A stretch of 41,652 bases of DNA from an uncultured Opitutaceae bacterium (GCA_964196585.1 CAXMUM010000002.1:1-41652), one strand, 5' to 3'; counted from the first letter of the stretch, positions 9,915 through 19,436 are shown. The notes: generated by a model from the letters alone, not told the origin. Made by a program: numbers and translations.

Positions 9915-11717
9915 CTATCTCCCAACCCGGGCGTAGGTGTTTATAGGTTCGATGGGGTTAATCCCCAAATATTGGATCAACTGTTCAGAAATCGCCTTAA
10001 ATGAAGGAACAGCTACCGTGCTTCCGTAGGCGATTCTACCCTTCAATTGAGCATCATCGACGATCACTGTGATAGCTACCCGAGGACGGCTTGCCGGAAA
10101 AAATCCCGAGAATGATCCGACGTGATGAGAACTGGAGTACTGCCCATCGATAATCTTCTGCGATGTCCCCGTTTTTCCAGCCACTTCAAATCCCTCAATA
10201 GCCGCGCCATTTGCAGTTCCATCGGGAGAGACAACACCCGTCAAAAGCTTGGCCATCGTCTGTGCAGTCTGCTTTGAGAGAACTCTACGTTTCTGAGTTG
10301 GCTCAAAAGGCAGGACAGACGCACCATTGTCATCAACAAATACAGGCTCCTCTTTACTGACGATCTGTTTAACCACCTGTGGCTTCATCAAAATGCCTCC
10401 ATTAGCGATGGTAGACATCGCAAAATGGATTTGCATGGGAGTCACCCCGACTGCATGTCCCATCGGCAGTCGAGTAATCGTTAGACCATCCCATTTTTTT
10501 ACCGGATGCAACATTCCCCGCACCTCTCCACCAAAAGGAAATTGAGTCTTTTCTCCGAATCCAAATGCCCGTGCATATTTATATAATCGTTTAGCTCCGA
10601 GCTTAACTCCCAAATGAGCGGCTCCACGATTACTCGATTTCATCACTATTTCCTCAACAGACATCAATCCATGGTCATGTGAATCACGAGGTAGTTTTAG
10701 TGCCTTCCCCTTAACCCAGATAACATTATTCCCACAGTTAAATTTCGTATCAAGCGTCACAATTGACTCCTCCAGAGCCGCACTGGCCACCACTATCTTA
10801 AAGGTTGAACCAGGTTCAAAAATGTCCGTGACGGCAATATTTCGCTGACTCGCAAGATCAGCCTCATTGTAATAGTTCAGATCAAAAGAAGGATAATTTG
10901 CCAGCCCCAATATGTATCCAGTAGATGGATCGCTGACGATAATTGTCGCTCCTTTTGGATTCATTTCATCCACAATGTTTTCCAGCTCCCTCTCCACGAT
11001 ATGTTGAACAACCATATCAAGCGAAAGAATGATATCGTAACCATCCGCAGGGGGGATCTCCGAAGAACGAAATTGAGCTAGTTCACGCCGCCTACCATCT
11101 TGCTCAGACTCTCTCCTTCCATCCTGGCCTCGAAGATAAAAATCCATGTATCGCTCTACTCCAGAAGTCGGAGTTCCCTCTCGATTAACATACCCCAACA
11201 TATGTGCAGCCAAACTACCCCCCGGATAGGTCCTGCGAAAATCCCGATTTCCGTAAACTCCCTTAATCTTGAGTTCCAGGATACGATCATAGGTATCTTC
11301 TCCTACTAATTCGTTCAATTTTCTCCAACGAATCTGCCCCGTCTCATTACCATTTTTTGATCTACGGAATGCCGTCTTCGTATCAAATGCAGCCACCACT
11401 TCTGAAACCGGAAGCTCCAAGAGACTGGCCAATTGAGGTAATTTGTCTGCGTCTTCTTCTACGGTTGAATGAGGATCCACTCCCACCTCAATAAAAGACC
11501 GACTGGAAGCCATTAAATTTCCATGGACATCAAAAATACTTCCTCTCCGAGCCTTCAAAACGGCAACCTTTTTTCGAGCTCTTTCAACCTGCCTCAGCAG
11601 ATCATCTCTTTGCACGACCTGCAAATGGACCAACCGAGTCCCAATCCCAGCAAATCCAGCCAGTACACCTACACAAACAATCCCAAGCCTAAATGCAGAT
11701 ATAAAGCCTTTTGACAT
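9915..11717 (-). CDS. ftsI: Class B penicillin-binding protein / division transpeptidase FtsI (PBP3-like)
   Basis: 600-aa ORF with an N-terminal TM anchor (GIVCVGVLAGFAGIG) and transpeptidase motifs SxxK (PGSTFKIV), SxN (KSSNRG) and KTGT (AGKTGTSQ). It lies between the ftsL-like gene and murE. Confidence 0.9.
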   Translation of the reverse strand: MSKGFISAFRLGIVCVGVLAGFAGIGTRLVHLQVVQRDDLLRQVERARKKVAVLKARRGSIFDVHGNLMASSRSFIEVGVDPHSTVEEDADKLPQLASLLELPVSEVVAAFDTKTAFRRSKNGNETGQIRWRKLNELVGEDTYDRILELKIKGVYGNRDFRRTYPGGSLAAHMLGYVNREGTPTSGVERYMDFYLRGQDGRRESEQDGRRRELAQFRSSEIPPADGYDIILSLDMVVQHIVERELENIVDEMNPKGATIIVSDPSTGYILGLANYPSFDLNYYNEADLASQRNIAVTDIFEPGSTFKIVVASAALEESIVTLDTKFNCGNNVIWVKGKALKLPRDSHDHGLMSVEEIVMKSSNRGAAHLGVKLGAKRLYKYARAFGFGEKTQFPFGGEVRGMLHPVKKWDGLTITRLPMGHAVGVTPMQIHFAMSTIANGGILMKPQVVKQIVSKEEPVFVDDNGASVLPFEPTQKRRVLSKQTAQTMAKLLTGVVSPDGTANGAAIEGFEVAGKTGTSQKIIDGQYSSSHHVGSFSGFFPASRPRVAITVIVDDAQLKGRIAYGSTVAVPSFKAISEQLIQYLGINPIEPINTYARVGR

Positions 11718-11725
11718 GTATTGTA

Positions 11726-12103
11726 CTACCGAGTGAGTTCCAAAAGTTGAGAAGTTGAACTAAAGAGACGTTGGTTACTTTTCTTCGCCAAACGCACCTC
11801 CACATCTTCGTGAATTCGCACCACCTGATCTTCCAACGGACGCATCAAACCGAGGCTAAGATCATTATTTTTCGAAAGCAGATTCTCCATACTCACTGCT
11901 ACCGCCACCTGTGCATTTACCTCCGACACTCTCCGTTGTAAATCCGCCAATCTCAATTCGATCATTTTGTTGTTATTGGCTGCCACAGAAATTTGATGGC
12001 GCAGCCAAACCGTCGCAAATCCGATCGACCCTGCGAAAACAAGAAAAAGAACGGTTATAACCAACAACCGATTTAAAAGAGAGGTGGGTTCCTGTCGTGT
12101 CAT
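11726..12103 (-). CDS. FtsL-like small bitopic division protein (TM plus coiled coil)
   Basis: 125-aa ORF with a single TM segment (LLVITVLFLVFAGSIGFATVWL) followed by a heptad-like region (IELRLADLQRRVSEVNAQVAVAV). The assignment rests on the canonical position between rsmH and ftsI; there is no strong sequence motif. Confidence 0.6.
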   Translation of the reverse strand: MTRQEPTSLLNRLLVITVLFLVFAGSIGFATVWLRHQISVAANNNKMIELRLADLQRRVSEVNAQVAVAVSMENLLSKNNDLSLGLMRPLEDQVVRIHEDVEVRLAKKSNQRLFSSTSQLLELTR

Positions 12104-12108
12104 GGTAT

Positions 12109-13071
12109 TTATAGTTTTTTGAGAGCCCGCATCTTTGCAGACCGACTTCTCGGGTTGAGGGACTGTTCCATTTCTCCTGCCATAATGGGCCGCCGAGAAA
12201 ACATCTCCGCTTTTTTATCCCTTAATTGCATTGGAGTACTATCCGAAGCATCGACCGGAAGCCCGGCTAGATGCCTGAACTGTCTTTTGACAATTCTGTC
12301 CTCCAGAGAATGGAAACTGATGACGCAAACGACCCCGCCCGTTTTGAGTTTATCGAAAGCGATTGGTAAGGCTTTTGCAATTGCAGCTAACTCTTCATTC
12401 ACTGCAATACGGATTCCTTGAAACGATCTTGTAGCCGGATGAATCTTCGACATCCGTTTCACTCTCTCCGGTGTCACATCCTCTATAAGCGAAACCAAAC
12501 CCGCCGTCGTATTCAGTTTACCGTATCCTCTAGCTGCCAAAATTGCTCTGACGATCGAACGCCAATTCTTTTCTTCCCCAAAATTCCTGATCGCATTGAC
12601 GATCTCCTCAGACTCCACCGACTCCAACCAATCAGCAGCAGCCAGCCCACGCCGGGGATCCATCCGCATATCAAGAGGTGCATCCTCACGAAATGAAAAA
12701 CCTCTCTCCCCCTCATCCAATTGGAAAGATGAAACCCCCAGGTCAAAAAGAATACCGTCAAATTCGGAATTCTCTAGCCCCTCCAGTTCCCCAAAATTCA
12801 TGTCCACAAACGACAAACGATCGGGAAACTCGGAAAGCATTCCTGAAGCTCTTTCCTGTGCCCCAGGATCTCTGTCCAACGCAACTACCTTAATGGAATC
12901 ATCCTTCTCTAGTAGAGCCCGCGTATGACCACCACCACCAAATGTGCAGTCAAGGAACGTACCTCCCACCTGAGGCGAAAGACATTCAAGAACCTCATGT
13001 AAAAGAACTGGAATATGAATACCCATCCAATCTGATAATAAGATATTAACTGGCGACCACTGCATCCTCAT
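12109..13071 (-). CDS. rsmH: 16S rRNA (cytosine1402-N4)-methyltransferase RsmH (MraW)
   Basis: HIPVLLHEVLECL, FLDCTFGGGGHT and DLGVSSFQLDEGERGFSF are RsmH hallmarks. The more likely start is the ATG at 13026 (MGIHIPVLL...). Confidence 0.92.
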   Translation of the reverse strand: MRMQWSPVNILLSDWMGIHIPVLLHEVLECLSPQVGGTFLDCTFGGGGHTRALLEKDDSIKVVALDRDPGAQERASGMLSEFPDRLSFVDMNFGELEGLENSEFDGILFDLGVSSFQLDEGERGFSFREDAPLDMRMDPRRGLAAADWLESVESEEIVNAIRNFGEEKNWRSIVRAILAARGYGKLNTTAGLVSLIEDVTPERVKRMSKIHPATRSFQGIRIAVNEELAAIAKALPIAFDKLKTGGVVCVISFHSLEDRIVKRQFRHLAGLPVDASDSTPMQLRDKKAEMFSRRPIMAGEMEQSLNPRSRSAKMRALKKL

Positions 13072-13143
13072 CTGCTTTTAAGCACTTACTGTTCGCATCT
13101 ATAACTTCTAAACCAAGCGATAAAATCTGGTTTGGGCCTTTCA

Positions 13144-13596
13144 TCAAAGACCAATCTCCCTCATCAAATCTCCAAGATTTTCACCCTCAGTCTGAGGATC
13201 AACTGGAGACCACCGATCCGGGCTCCAAATACCAAATTTTGCCATCGTCCCCACCAATATAGACTCCTTCTCAATGCCAGCATGCTTTAACAATTCTTCC
13301 GGCAGCCCCACTCTCCCCTGTTTATCAAATCCAAACGAATGGGCCTGAGAAAAAAACTTATTCAAAAACTCCTGAGCTGCTGCATCGCTCAACAATTTAG
13401 CTGAAACACGCTCATATAATTTATCTACCTCCAGTGGAGGCAATACTGTGATGTAGCCATTTGGATCAGGCAGAGCCAAGTACGTCTCTTTTTCATCACC
13501 CGCAAACCGCCACTTGGACGGGATCGTCAAGCGATTCTTTCCGTCCAAATTATGACGAAAAATACCGACGTAGTACTGTTTTGCTTGGTCACTCAA
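13144..13596 (-). CDS. mraZ: Transcriptional regulator MraZ
   Basis: 150-aa ORF with a TTG start. It has two SpoVT/AbrB-like halves, each with a DxxxR motif (LDGKNRLTIP, FDKQGRVGLP). It is the first gene of the dcw cluster. Confidence 0.92.
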   Translation of the reverse strand: MSDQAKQYYVGIFRHNLDGKNRLTIPSKWRFAGDEKETYLALPDPNGYITVLPPLEVDKLYERVSAKLLSDAAAQEFLNKFFSQAHSFGFDKQGRVGLPEELLKHAGIEKESILVGTMAKFGIWSPDRWSPVDPQTEGENLGDLMREIGL

Positions 13597-13617
13597 CTTA
13601 TTAACACCTCTTCACTT

Positions 13618-13662
13618 ACACCATTTCGACCCATTTCTCCCCATTTTCCCCCATATAGTCAA
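13618..13662 (-). promoter_or_regulatory. Candidate MraZ operator (four 10-bp-phased TGG(G) direct repeats) overlapping a possible -35 TTGACT
   Basis: On the plus strand CCAT recurs at 13621, 13631, 13641 and 13651. In the mraZ direction this reads TTGACT-ATATGGGGG-AAAATGGGG-AGAAATGGGT-CGAAATGGTG and ends about 25 nt before the mraZ start. It resembles the E. coli TGGGN repeats with 5-nt spacers bound by MraZ. Confidence 0.55.
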
Positions 13663-13810
13663 GAAATCTTCCTCTTTATTGCCATAAAGTTGCCGACAGG
13701 TTATTCACATTTTGGGTAAATAACCCTAATTACCCATCATTGGGGCCAAAACAGGCCCATTTTCCGCCAAATTTCTGAAAAGAGAAATGTTTCTGATTTT
13801 TAGAAAAAGC

Positions 13811-14668
13811 TTATCCAAACTGTTTACGCCACTGACCCGGCGTAAATCCTGTCTCTCTTTTGAAAAATCGGCAGAAATAGGCCTGATCCTTAAATCCAGA
13901 TAAGGTCGTCACATCTCCAAGGGTAAGCTTTGGCTTCCTCAGATAACGGATCGCCTCCTTGGTCCTCTGATAGTTCCGGACATCTTTGGGGCTCATTCCA
14001 GTCGCTCCCTTGATTAGGCGATACAATTGAAAACGGGATTGTCGATTTTGCTCAGCCCAGCCCCCCTTATCGATAGATAGTGCAGGATTTCGAATCACCG
14101 GTCTCAGTAGAGCATCCTTATCCTCTTTATCCCCCAACTTTGACAAGTTTCGAACTCCATTGACCGAACACTCTCGCAAAAGAGAAATGAGGAGAGACGA
14201 AGCTTCCATCACATTTTGCCAGGGATCGATATCTTCATCACCATGCAAGCTGATCAATGTTCTCAACTGCTTCAGTAATTCAGGGTTAACCAACCGATCA
14301 AAAAGATAAACCGGTCGTTTGAGAGCAGACTGACAAATGGATGAAACCGTCGGCCCTGCAAAAACCACCCACACAAATTCCCAATGATCTGAATCTTTCT
14401 TGAAGTAGTAATTATGGTCACTCGGCAACTGAGCCAAAAAACTTGATCCCTCTGGCACGAGAGAAGGACCATTCTTTCCGATTTCAATATGGCCGCATCC
14501 TGACAAAGTGTATTGCCATAAAAGCAAATCAGCAGGCCGCTTCTGTCCAGGATTGACGTATCCCTCTGAGACGATCTTCTCATGCCCCACACCTCTCCAG
14601 AAAAAGGGCAGCCCTTCATAAAAACGAGAATGAAAATGGATGATATTGGAAAAACTCACTAATCGCAC
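13811..14668 (-). CDS. AraC/XylS-family transcriptional regulator
   Basis: 285-aa ORF with a GTG start. The C-terminal double HTH region (...LTLGDVTTLSGFKDQAYFCRFFKRETGFTPGQWRKQ) is typical of AraC family members, and the N-terminal part is cupin-like. It is divergent from the GH4 gene. Confidence 0.8.
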   Translation of the reverse strand: MRLVSFSNIIHFHSRFYEGLPFFWRGVGHEKIVSEGYVNPGQKRPADLLLWQYTLSGCGHIEIGKNGPSLVPEGSSFLAQLPSDHNYYFKKDSDHWEFVWVVFAGPTVSSICQSALKRPVYLFDRLVNPELLKQLRTLISLHGDEDIDPWQNVMEASSLLISLLRECSVNGVRNLSKLGDKEDKDALLRPVIRNPALSIDKGGWAEQNRQSRFQLYRLIKGATGMSPKDVRNYQRTKEAIRYLRKPKLTLGDVTTLSGFKDQAYFCRFFKRETGFTPGQWRKQFG

Positions 14669-14731
14669 AAAAATACAAATTCACATTTTTCCAAATGAAA
14701 TCGTCTCTTTTTTCCGCTACACTACCCTCCT

Positions 14732-16249
14732 ATGGCTAAAAAGAATTTTAAAGTATGTTTTATCGGAGCCGGCAGTGTCGGATTCACCCGTGTCCTGATT
14801 CGTGATCTGCTGACCGTCCCTGAATTCCAAAATATCGAAATAGCCTTCACTGATATTGACCAAGGAAACCTCGATCGAGTCACCCAATTGGTTCAGCGCG
14901 ATATCGATGCCAATGGAGTTTCCATCAAAATCCAATCGACGACTAATCGACGGAAAGCTCTCAAGGACGCCAAATATGTTCTCTGTGTCGTTCGAATTGG
15001 AGGCTTGGAGGCCTTTCAAACTGACATTGAAATACCTCTTAAGTATGGTGTGGATCAATGTGTCGGTGACACCCTCTGCGCTGGAGGCATTATGTATGGC
15101 CAACGCGGAATCCCCGCTATGCTGGATTTCTGCCGAGATATCCGCGAAGTCGCTGCACCAGATTGTTTACTCCTCAATTATGCAAATCCCATGGTTATGC
15201 TCACCTGGGCCTGTAATAAGTATGGAGGGGTCAAAACCGTCGGTCTTTGCCATGGCGTACAAGGAGGACACAACCTTATCGCCAAAGCCTTTGGACTACC
15301 TAAGGAAGAAATCGATATCATCTGCGCCGGAATCAATCATCAAACATGGTATATTTCTATTCTCCATAAAGGCAAAGATATGACTGGAAAACTTCTAGCT
15401 GCAATGGAAGCGAATGAGGAAATCTCTGTTCAAGAAAAAGTACGTATCGATATGCTTAGGCGCTTCGACTACTTCAGCACCGAATCAAACGGCCACCTCG
15501 GTGAATACGTTCCCTGGTACCGCAAACGTCCAGAAGAAATCAACGACTGGATTGACATTACCTCATGGATCCGAGGCGAAACAGGTGGCTACCTACGCAC
15601 CTGCCTGGAATCCCGCAATTGGTTCAAAACAGACTTCCCCAACTACCTCAAAGAACCCGTCTATGAATACGAATCCGAGAACCGCAGCAGTGAACATGGA
15701 AGTTTTATCATTGAAGGGTTAGAAACCGGACGCACTTACCGTGGGCACTTCAACTTGCCCAACAACGGGGTCATTACAAACCTTCCGGACGATGCCATCA
15801 TCGAAGCCCCTGGTTATGTCGATGCCAATGGGATAAATATGGCTATCGTCGGCGACTTACCTCTGGGCTGCGCCGGCGTCTGCAATGCAAGTATCACTGT
15901 GCAACGACTTTCCGTCGAAGCGGCCGTTCACGGAGATGTCTCTCTGCTTAAACAAGCTATGATGCTTGATCCTCTGACAGGTGCCATCTGCAATCCACCC
16001 GAAATCTGGCAGATGACAGATGAGCTGCTTCTGGCTCAGGCGAAGTGGCTTCCCCAATACAAAAAAGGCATTGCCAAAATTAAAAGACGGGTGGCTCGCG
16101 AAGGCTGGAAAATAAAAACAAATAAAAACTACCGAGGAGCCGCTCGCCTGAAACAAGCGACTCAAAAAGAATTGGCCAAACGCGCAAAAGAAAGACGCAA
16201 AAAAGCAGCCGCAGAACTACAAGGCACCAAACACATCGATGACAAATAG
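14732..16249 (+). CDS. Glycoside hydrolase family 4 (NAD+/Mn2+-dependent alpha-galactosidase/alpha-glucosidase type) with a basic C-terminal tail
   Basis: N-terminal Rossmann fold KVCFIGAGSVGFTRVL, then NYANPMVMLTWA, VGLCHGVQG (metal Cys-His) and AGINHQTW, all typical of GH4 (MelA/AglA-like). The tail is about 60 aa and Lys/Arg-rich. Confidence 0.85.
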   Translation: MAKKNFKVCFIGAGSVGFTRVLIRDLLTVPEFQNIEIAFTDIDQGNLDRVTQLVQRDIDANGVSIKIQSTTNRRKALKDAKYVLCVVRIGGLEAFQTDIEIPLKYGVDQCVGDTLCAGGIMYGQRGIPAMLDFCRDIREVAAPDCLLLNYANPMVMLTWACNKYGGVKTVGLCHGVQGGHNLIAKAFGLPKEEIDIICAGINHQTWYISILHKGKDMTGKLLAAMEANEEISVQEKVRIDMLRRFDYFSTESNGHLGEYVPWYRKRPEEINDWIDITSWIRGETGGYLRTCLESRNWFKTDFPNYLKEPVYEYESENRSSEHGSFIIEGLETGRTYRGHFNLPNNGVITNLPDDAIIEAPGYVDANGINMAIVGDLPLGCAGVCNASITVQRLSVEAAVHGDVSLLKQAMMLDPLTGAICNPPEIWQMTDELLLAQAKWLPQYKKGIAKIKRRVAREGWKIKTNKNYRGAARLKQATQKELAKRAKERRKKAAAELQGTKHIDDK

Positions 16250-16306
16250 GCTTTTTGCCCTTTTATTAAGGATCACGGTTGATGTTTAAACCACCAACCG
16301 ACTAAA

Positions 16307-17068
16307 TCAGACTGTTTCCAGAATATCTGAAAAGTCCGAAACGGGGCAACTTTCCCTTACAACCATCTGACCATCCTCTCCTATCTGAGGATTGGCCATC
16401 GCATTGTAACAAATAATAAAGGATCGGCGATGCATGTCTGAGTCATTGGGACCGGAAGTATGAAGAAGGTTCGAATCAAAGAAAAGAACTGAACCCGGCT
16501 CCATCTCGACCGGCACACGCTCCAGTAAACCTTCAATAACATCGATACGACCAGCGTCTGCTCCGGTCTGCGTCCCCACCGTGCCATGCTCCAAACGCCC
16601 CAGATGATGGGAGCCTTTGAGGACCTGAAGACAACCGTTTTTCTTAACAGCTGGATCCAGAGAGACAAAAGCACTGATCATTCGAGGATAGAGAAAGCCT
16701 TGATTGTACCAGTATCCATAATCCTGATGCCATTCCCAGGAGCCTCCACCCCTTGCCAGCTTAAGTATCACCTTCCCATGAAAAAAAGCCACGTCCTCTC
16801 CCATAAGAATACGAACATTATTTACGATTCTGGGATCAGTCGAAACTCGAGACCAGATATCCGACCCAAGCTCATGCCAAATCGCGATCTGCGCTTTCCT
16901 GCCTTCAGCATCCTGGGTATCGTAACTGGACGTCGCAACGCGATCTCCCTGCTCAACTTCTTGTAAAAGAGCAGCGACTTCTTCCTTATTGAAAGCATTG
17001 GACAATAAGAGGTAACCGTCCCTGCGAAAATCTTCGGCCATTTCAAGGCTAACACTTGGGGTATTCAT
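16307..17068 (-). CDS. Phytanoyl-CoA dioxygenase (PhyH) family Fe(II)/2-oxoglutarate-dependent oxygenase
   Basis: 253-aa ORF with FRRDGYLLL at the N-terminus, an HxD iron motif in WEWHQDYGYW and a distal His in DSNLLHTSGPN. It is the last gene of a three-gene minus-strand unit. Confidence 0.8.
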   Translation of the reverse strand: MNTPSVSLEMAEDFRRDGYLLLSNAFNKEEVAALLQEVEQGDRVATSSYDTQDAEGRKAQIAIWHELGSDIWSRVSTDPRIVNNVRILMGEDVAFFHGKVILKLARGGGSWEWHQDYGYWYNQGFLYPRMISAFVSLDPAVKKNGCLQVLKGSHHLGRLEHGTVGTQTGADAGRIDVIEGLLERVPVEMEPGSVLFFDSNLLHTSGPNDSDMHRRSFIICYNAMANPQIGEDGQMVVRESCPVSDFSDILETV

Positions 17069-17146
17069 ATCTGTTGAAACTTAGTCTATCTCTCACGAAA
17101 AACTCAAGTCGGATATCTCCTCTTTTCCATTTTTATCAGAGAGTGT

Positions 17147-19369
17147 CTAATCGAGAAGAATTTGACCAGTGACAGCATCCATGACGGTCGTACTACGCGG
17201 TCGCAACTCGAGGGAAAAAGTCTGGCCTTCCGGCATTCGTATGACCCTCTCTCCACCTGAGACTGAATGAATTACCAACAAACCACATCCAAGGAGAGTG
17301 GTATCATCACTATCATTCACAACGTGACATCCGGCCCTCCGACCAAGAGCTCTTAAAAAGCCTGGATTACCCGGTGAAATGGCAAAATACCACCACACGG
17401 ACTCGCCTTCACATCTGTAACCTGCCGAAGCTCTTCCATCAGCCCACTGGCCAACAGTTGTAACAGGGGCAGTGATAGTAACCACCGGCATTTTTTCAGC
17501 CAAATCCTGTTCATCGACGATGCCATCCAACTCCAACCTCTGCACCGGTCGATCCATTTCAATAATTTCGGGATCAAAACCACCTAATTCGTGCGCAAGT
17601 GAAGCCACCATCTCTTGACCATCACTCCAACCGAAATAGGAAAGCAAAACGACATGTCCGCAAAAATCGGATAGTTTCTCCTTAAGAACCTTCCTTATTT
17701 CCTCCGTCAGAATCGGCGTCGTAGCAAAGAACACCAATCGGTAACGGGAAAGATCATGAGTTTCGATCTCTGAAAGAAGGATTTCATCATGAATCAAGCC
17801 CGATTTCAATAACCCCGCAGTTAAATAATCAATCGCATAAGCAGAGGTAACATCGCCGCAATTCGCAGTCTTATCTCCTAATCTCTCAGAACCAGGATCC
17901 ATTCGGCCGCCTACTGCATAGTAAAAAGAACTCAAGTCATGAACGACCAATACATCCGCCGCTCGTGAGCAATCGAGATCTATCTTTTCCGCCACAATCC
18001 CAGCCAGACTTGCGACATCCTTCATCAAGGTTGGGTGATCCCACGCACCCGAAACCCCATAACCTGCCGCTTCTGGTGTAGGAGCGTTCGGCCCAAAATC
18101 GTACCACCACATACCTCCTCCACGGATAATCGGATGCAAAACATTGAGACGCATGACCGCCACATCATCCTCAATCGTCCCTTCGAAACTGGCATCCCAG
18201 GAGCAACCCACATAAGATGTCGGTTCGTCCATCTCATCCAGCCACAGCTTGCCAGCCCGAACGATCGGCCCCAGCAAACCTCTCGAATGCCCTGTACCAC
18301 CCATTCCTCGGGCTTCTTCACGATAACTTTGCGGACCACATAGACAATCAATCTCAGGTGCTGCCAAAATACGTTCCAATGCCAACTGCCCCCCTTCTGC
18401 CAAACGCCCAAACATTCCATGAAAATAGCCATAGAAAACCGCTATCACAATCTCTCTTGGCCAGCTTTCCCTCACCGCAGCTGCTAGATCAATGATCAAG
18501 CCAGCCATTTCAACATGGAGAAATTGATAATAATCGATCACCCATCGTCTCTTTGACGGATCTCTCAAAATCCCTTCATCTGCGACTTCTCTCTCTGGAG
18601 TATTCGGCACCCTAATTTCATTCCAATCTCCAATATCCTGTCTCCACGCTTCATTTAAGGTTGGAAGATTTTCATAACGATTCCTTAGAAATTGAATAAA
18701 GGCCTCACGAGCCGCAGGACCGGCATCCGGATCATGTTGTTGAAAGCCAAACTGATGCCATTCCCCATAAACACCATTGGACAACTGAATCCCCATTACA
18801 GACCCACCTTCGAGCGTTCCCGATAACTCACGGCAAAATTCAGTCAAGTTAGCCAATGCCCATTTCTTCCATTTTTTTGAATAAAAACTGGCTCTGAAGG
18901 GACGCCCATTGTCGCCAATCAATGGTCGAACTAGACCCCAAGGTTTCGACTTATCAGGTTCTGTATCCGCATAGCCAACACATTCTTCAGGAAAACGATG
19001 GCACCACCAATCAGGGGCATTGACATGAATACGAATCATCACTCCGCCCCCCGCGGAAGCCTCTTTCACTCCCGCAATCTGACGACGAACTAACGAAAGG
19101 TCGAACTTGCCATTCTCATCAAACAATTGCTCGAACCATAGATCCACTTGAAACAAAGAGACTCCATTTTCCGCAAATACCTGAATATTACGTGCGGGAA
19201 CTTCCTCCCAAGACCAACGTGAACCGGGACAATCCGTCAGCCCATAAAACAATGGATTTACTACCTGATCGTTGATCACTAAACGCGGGCGATCGCCTCG
19301 CATTTCAACTCTCGCACTTAAAGGCTTTTCCATGTAAATCATCGGCTTAAAATAAGACAAAAAGGTCAA
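17147..19369 (-). CDS. Putative glycoside hydrolase, clan GH-A / GH42-like TIM barrel; substrate unknown
   Basis: 740-aa ORF; the likely start is the ATG at 19333 (MEKPLSARVEM...). The N-terminal third parallels the GH42 layout (FQVDLWFEQLFDENGKFDLS..., HVNAPDWWCHRFPEE..., MGIQLSNGVYGEWH where GH42 has NEY). I see no signal peptide. The family assignment is from memory of profiles, not a search. Confidence 0.45.
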   Translation of the reverse strand: MTFLSYFKPMIYMEKPLSARVEMRGDRPRLVINDQVVNPLFYGLTDCPGSRWSWEEVPARNIQVFAENGVSLFQVDLWFEQLFDENGKFDLSLVRRQIAGVKEASAGGGVMIRIHVNAPDWWCHRFPEECVGYADTEPDKSKPWGLVRPLIGDNGRPFRASFYSKKWKKWALANLTEFCRELSGTLEGGSVMGIQLSNGVYGEWHQFGFQQHDPDAGPAAREAFIQFLRNRYENLPTLNEAWRQDIGDWNEIRVPNTPEREVADEGILRDPSKRRWVIDYYQFLHVEMAGLIIDLAAAVRESWPREIVIAVFYGYFHGMFGRLAEGGQLALERILAAPEIDCLCGPQSYREEARGMGGTGHSRGLLGPIVRAGKLWLDEMDEPTSYVGCSWDASFEGTIEDDVAVMRLNVLHPIIRGGGMWWYDFGPNAPTPEAAGYGVSGAWDHPTLMKDVASLAGIVAEKIDLDCSRAADVLVVHDLSSFYYAVGGRMDPGSERLGDKTANCGDVTSAYAIDYLTAGLLKSGLIHDEILLSEIETHDLSRYRLVFFATTPILTEEIRKVLKEKLSDFCGHVVLLSYFGWSDGQEMVASLAHELGGFDPEIIEMDRPVQRLELDGIVDEQDLAEKMPVVTITAPVTTVGQWADGRASAGYRCEGESVWWYFAISPGNPGFLRALGRRAGCHVVNDSDDTTLLGCGLLVIHSVSGGERVIRMPEGQTFSLELRPRSTTVMDAVTGQILLD

Positions 19370-19436
19370 GCAATGTATCTTTTAGAATGATATATCCTTA
19401 GGTAACCTGCAAGAGGTAAACTGAAAAGCTCCCATC

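Noticed and set aside
12119-12928. Several 70-110-aa ORFs on both strands overlapping rsmH.
   Set aside because: All overlap the strongly supported rsmH frame. Their composition is typical of out-of-frame or antisense translation.
14717-15383. 128-aa minus-strand and 175-aa plus-strand ORFs overlapping the 5' part of the GH4 gene.
   Set aside because: The GH4 frame carries the Rossmann and catalytic motifs. The alternatives have none.
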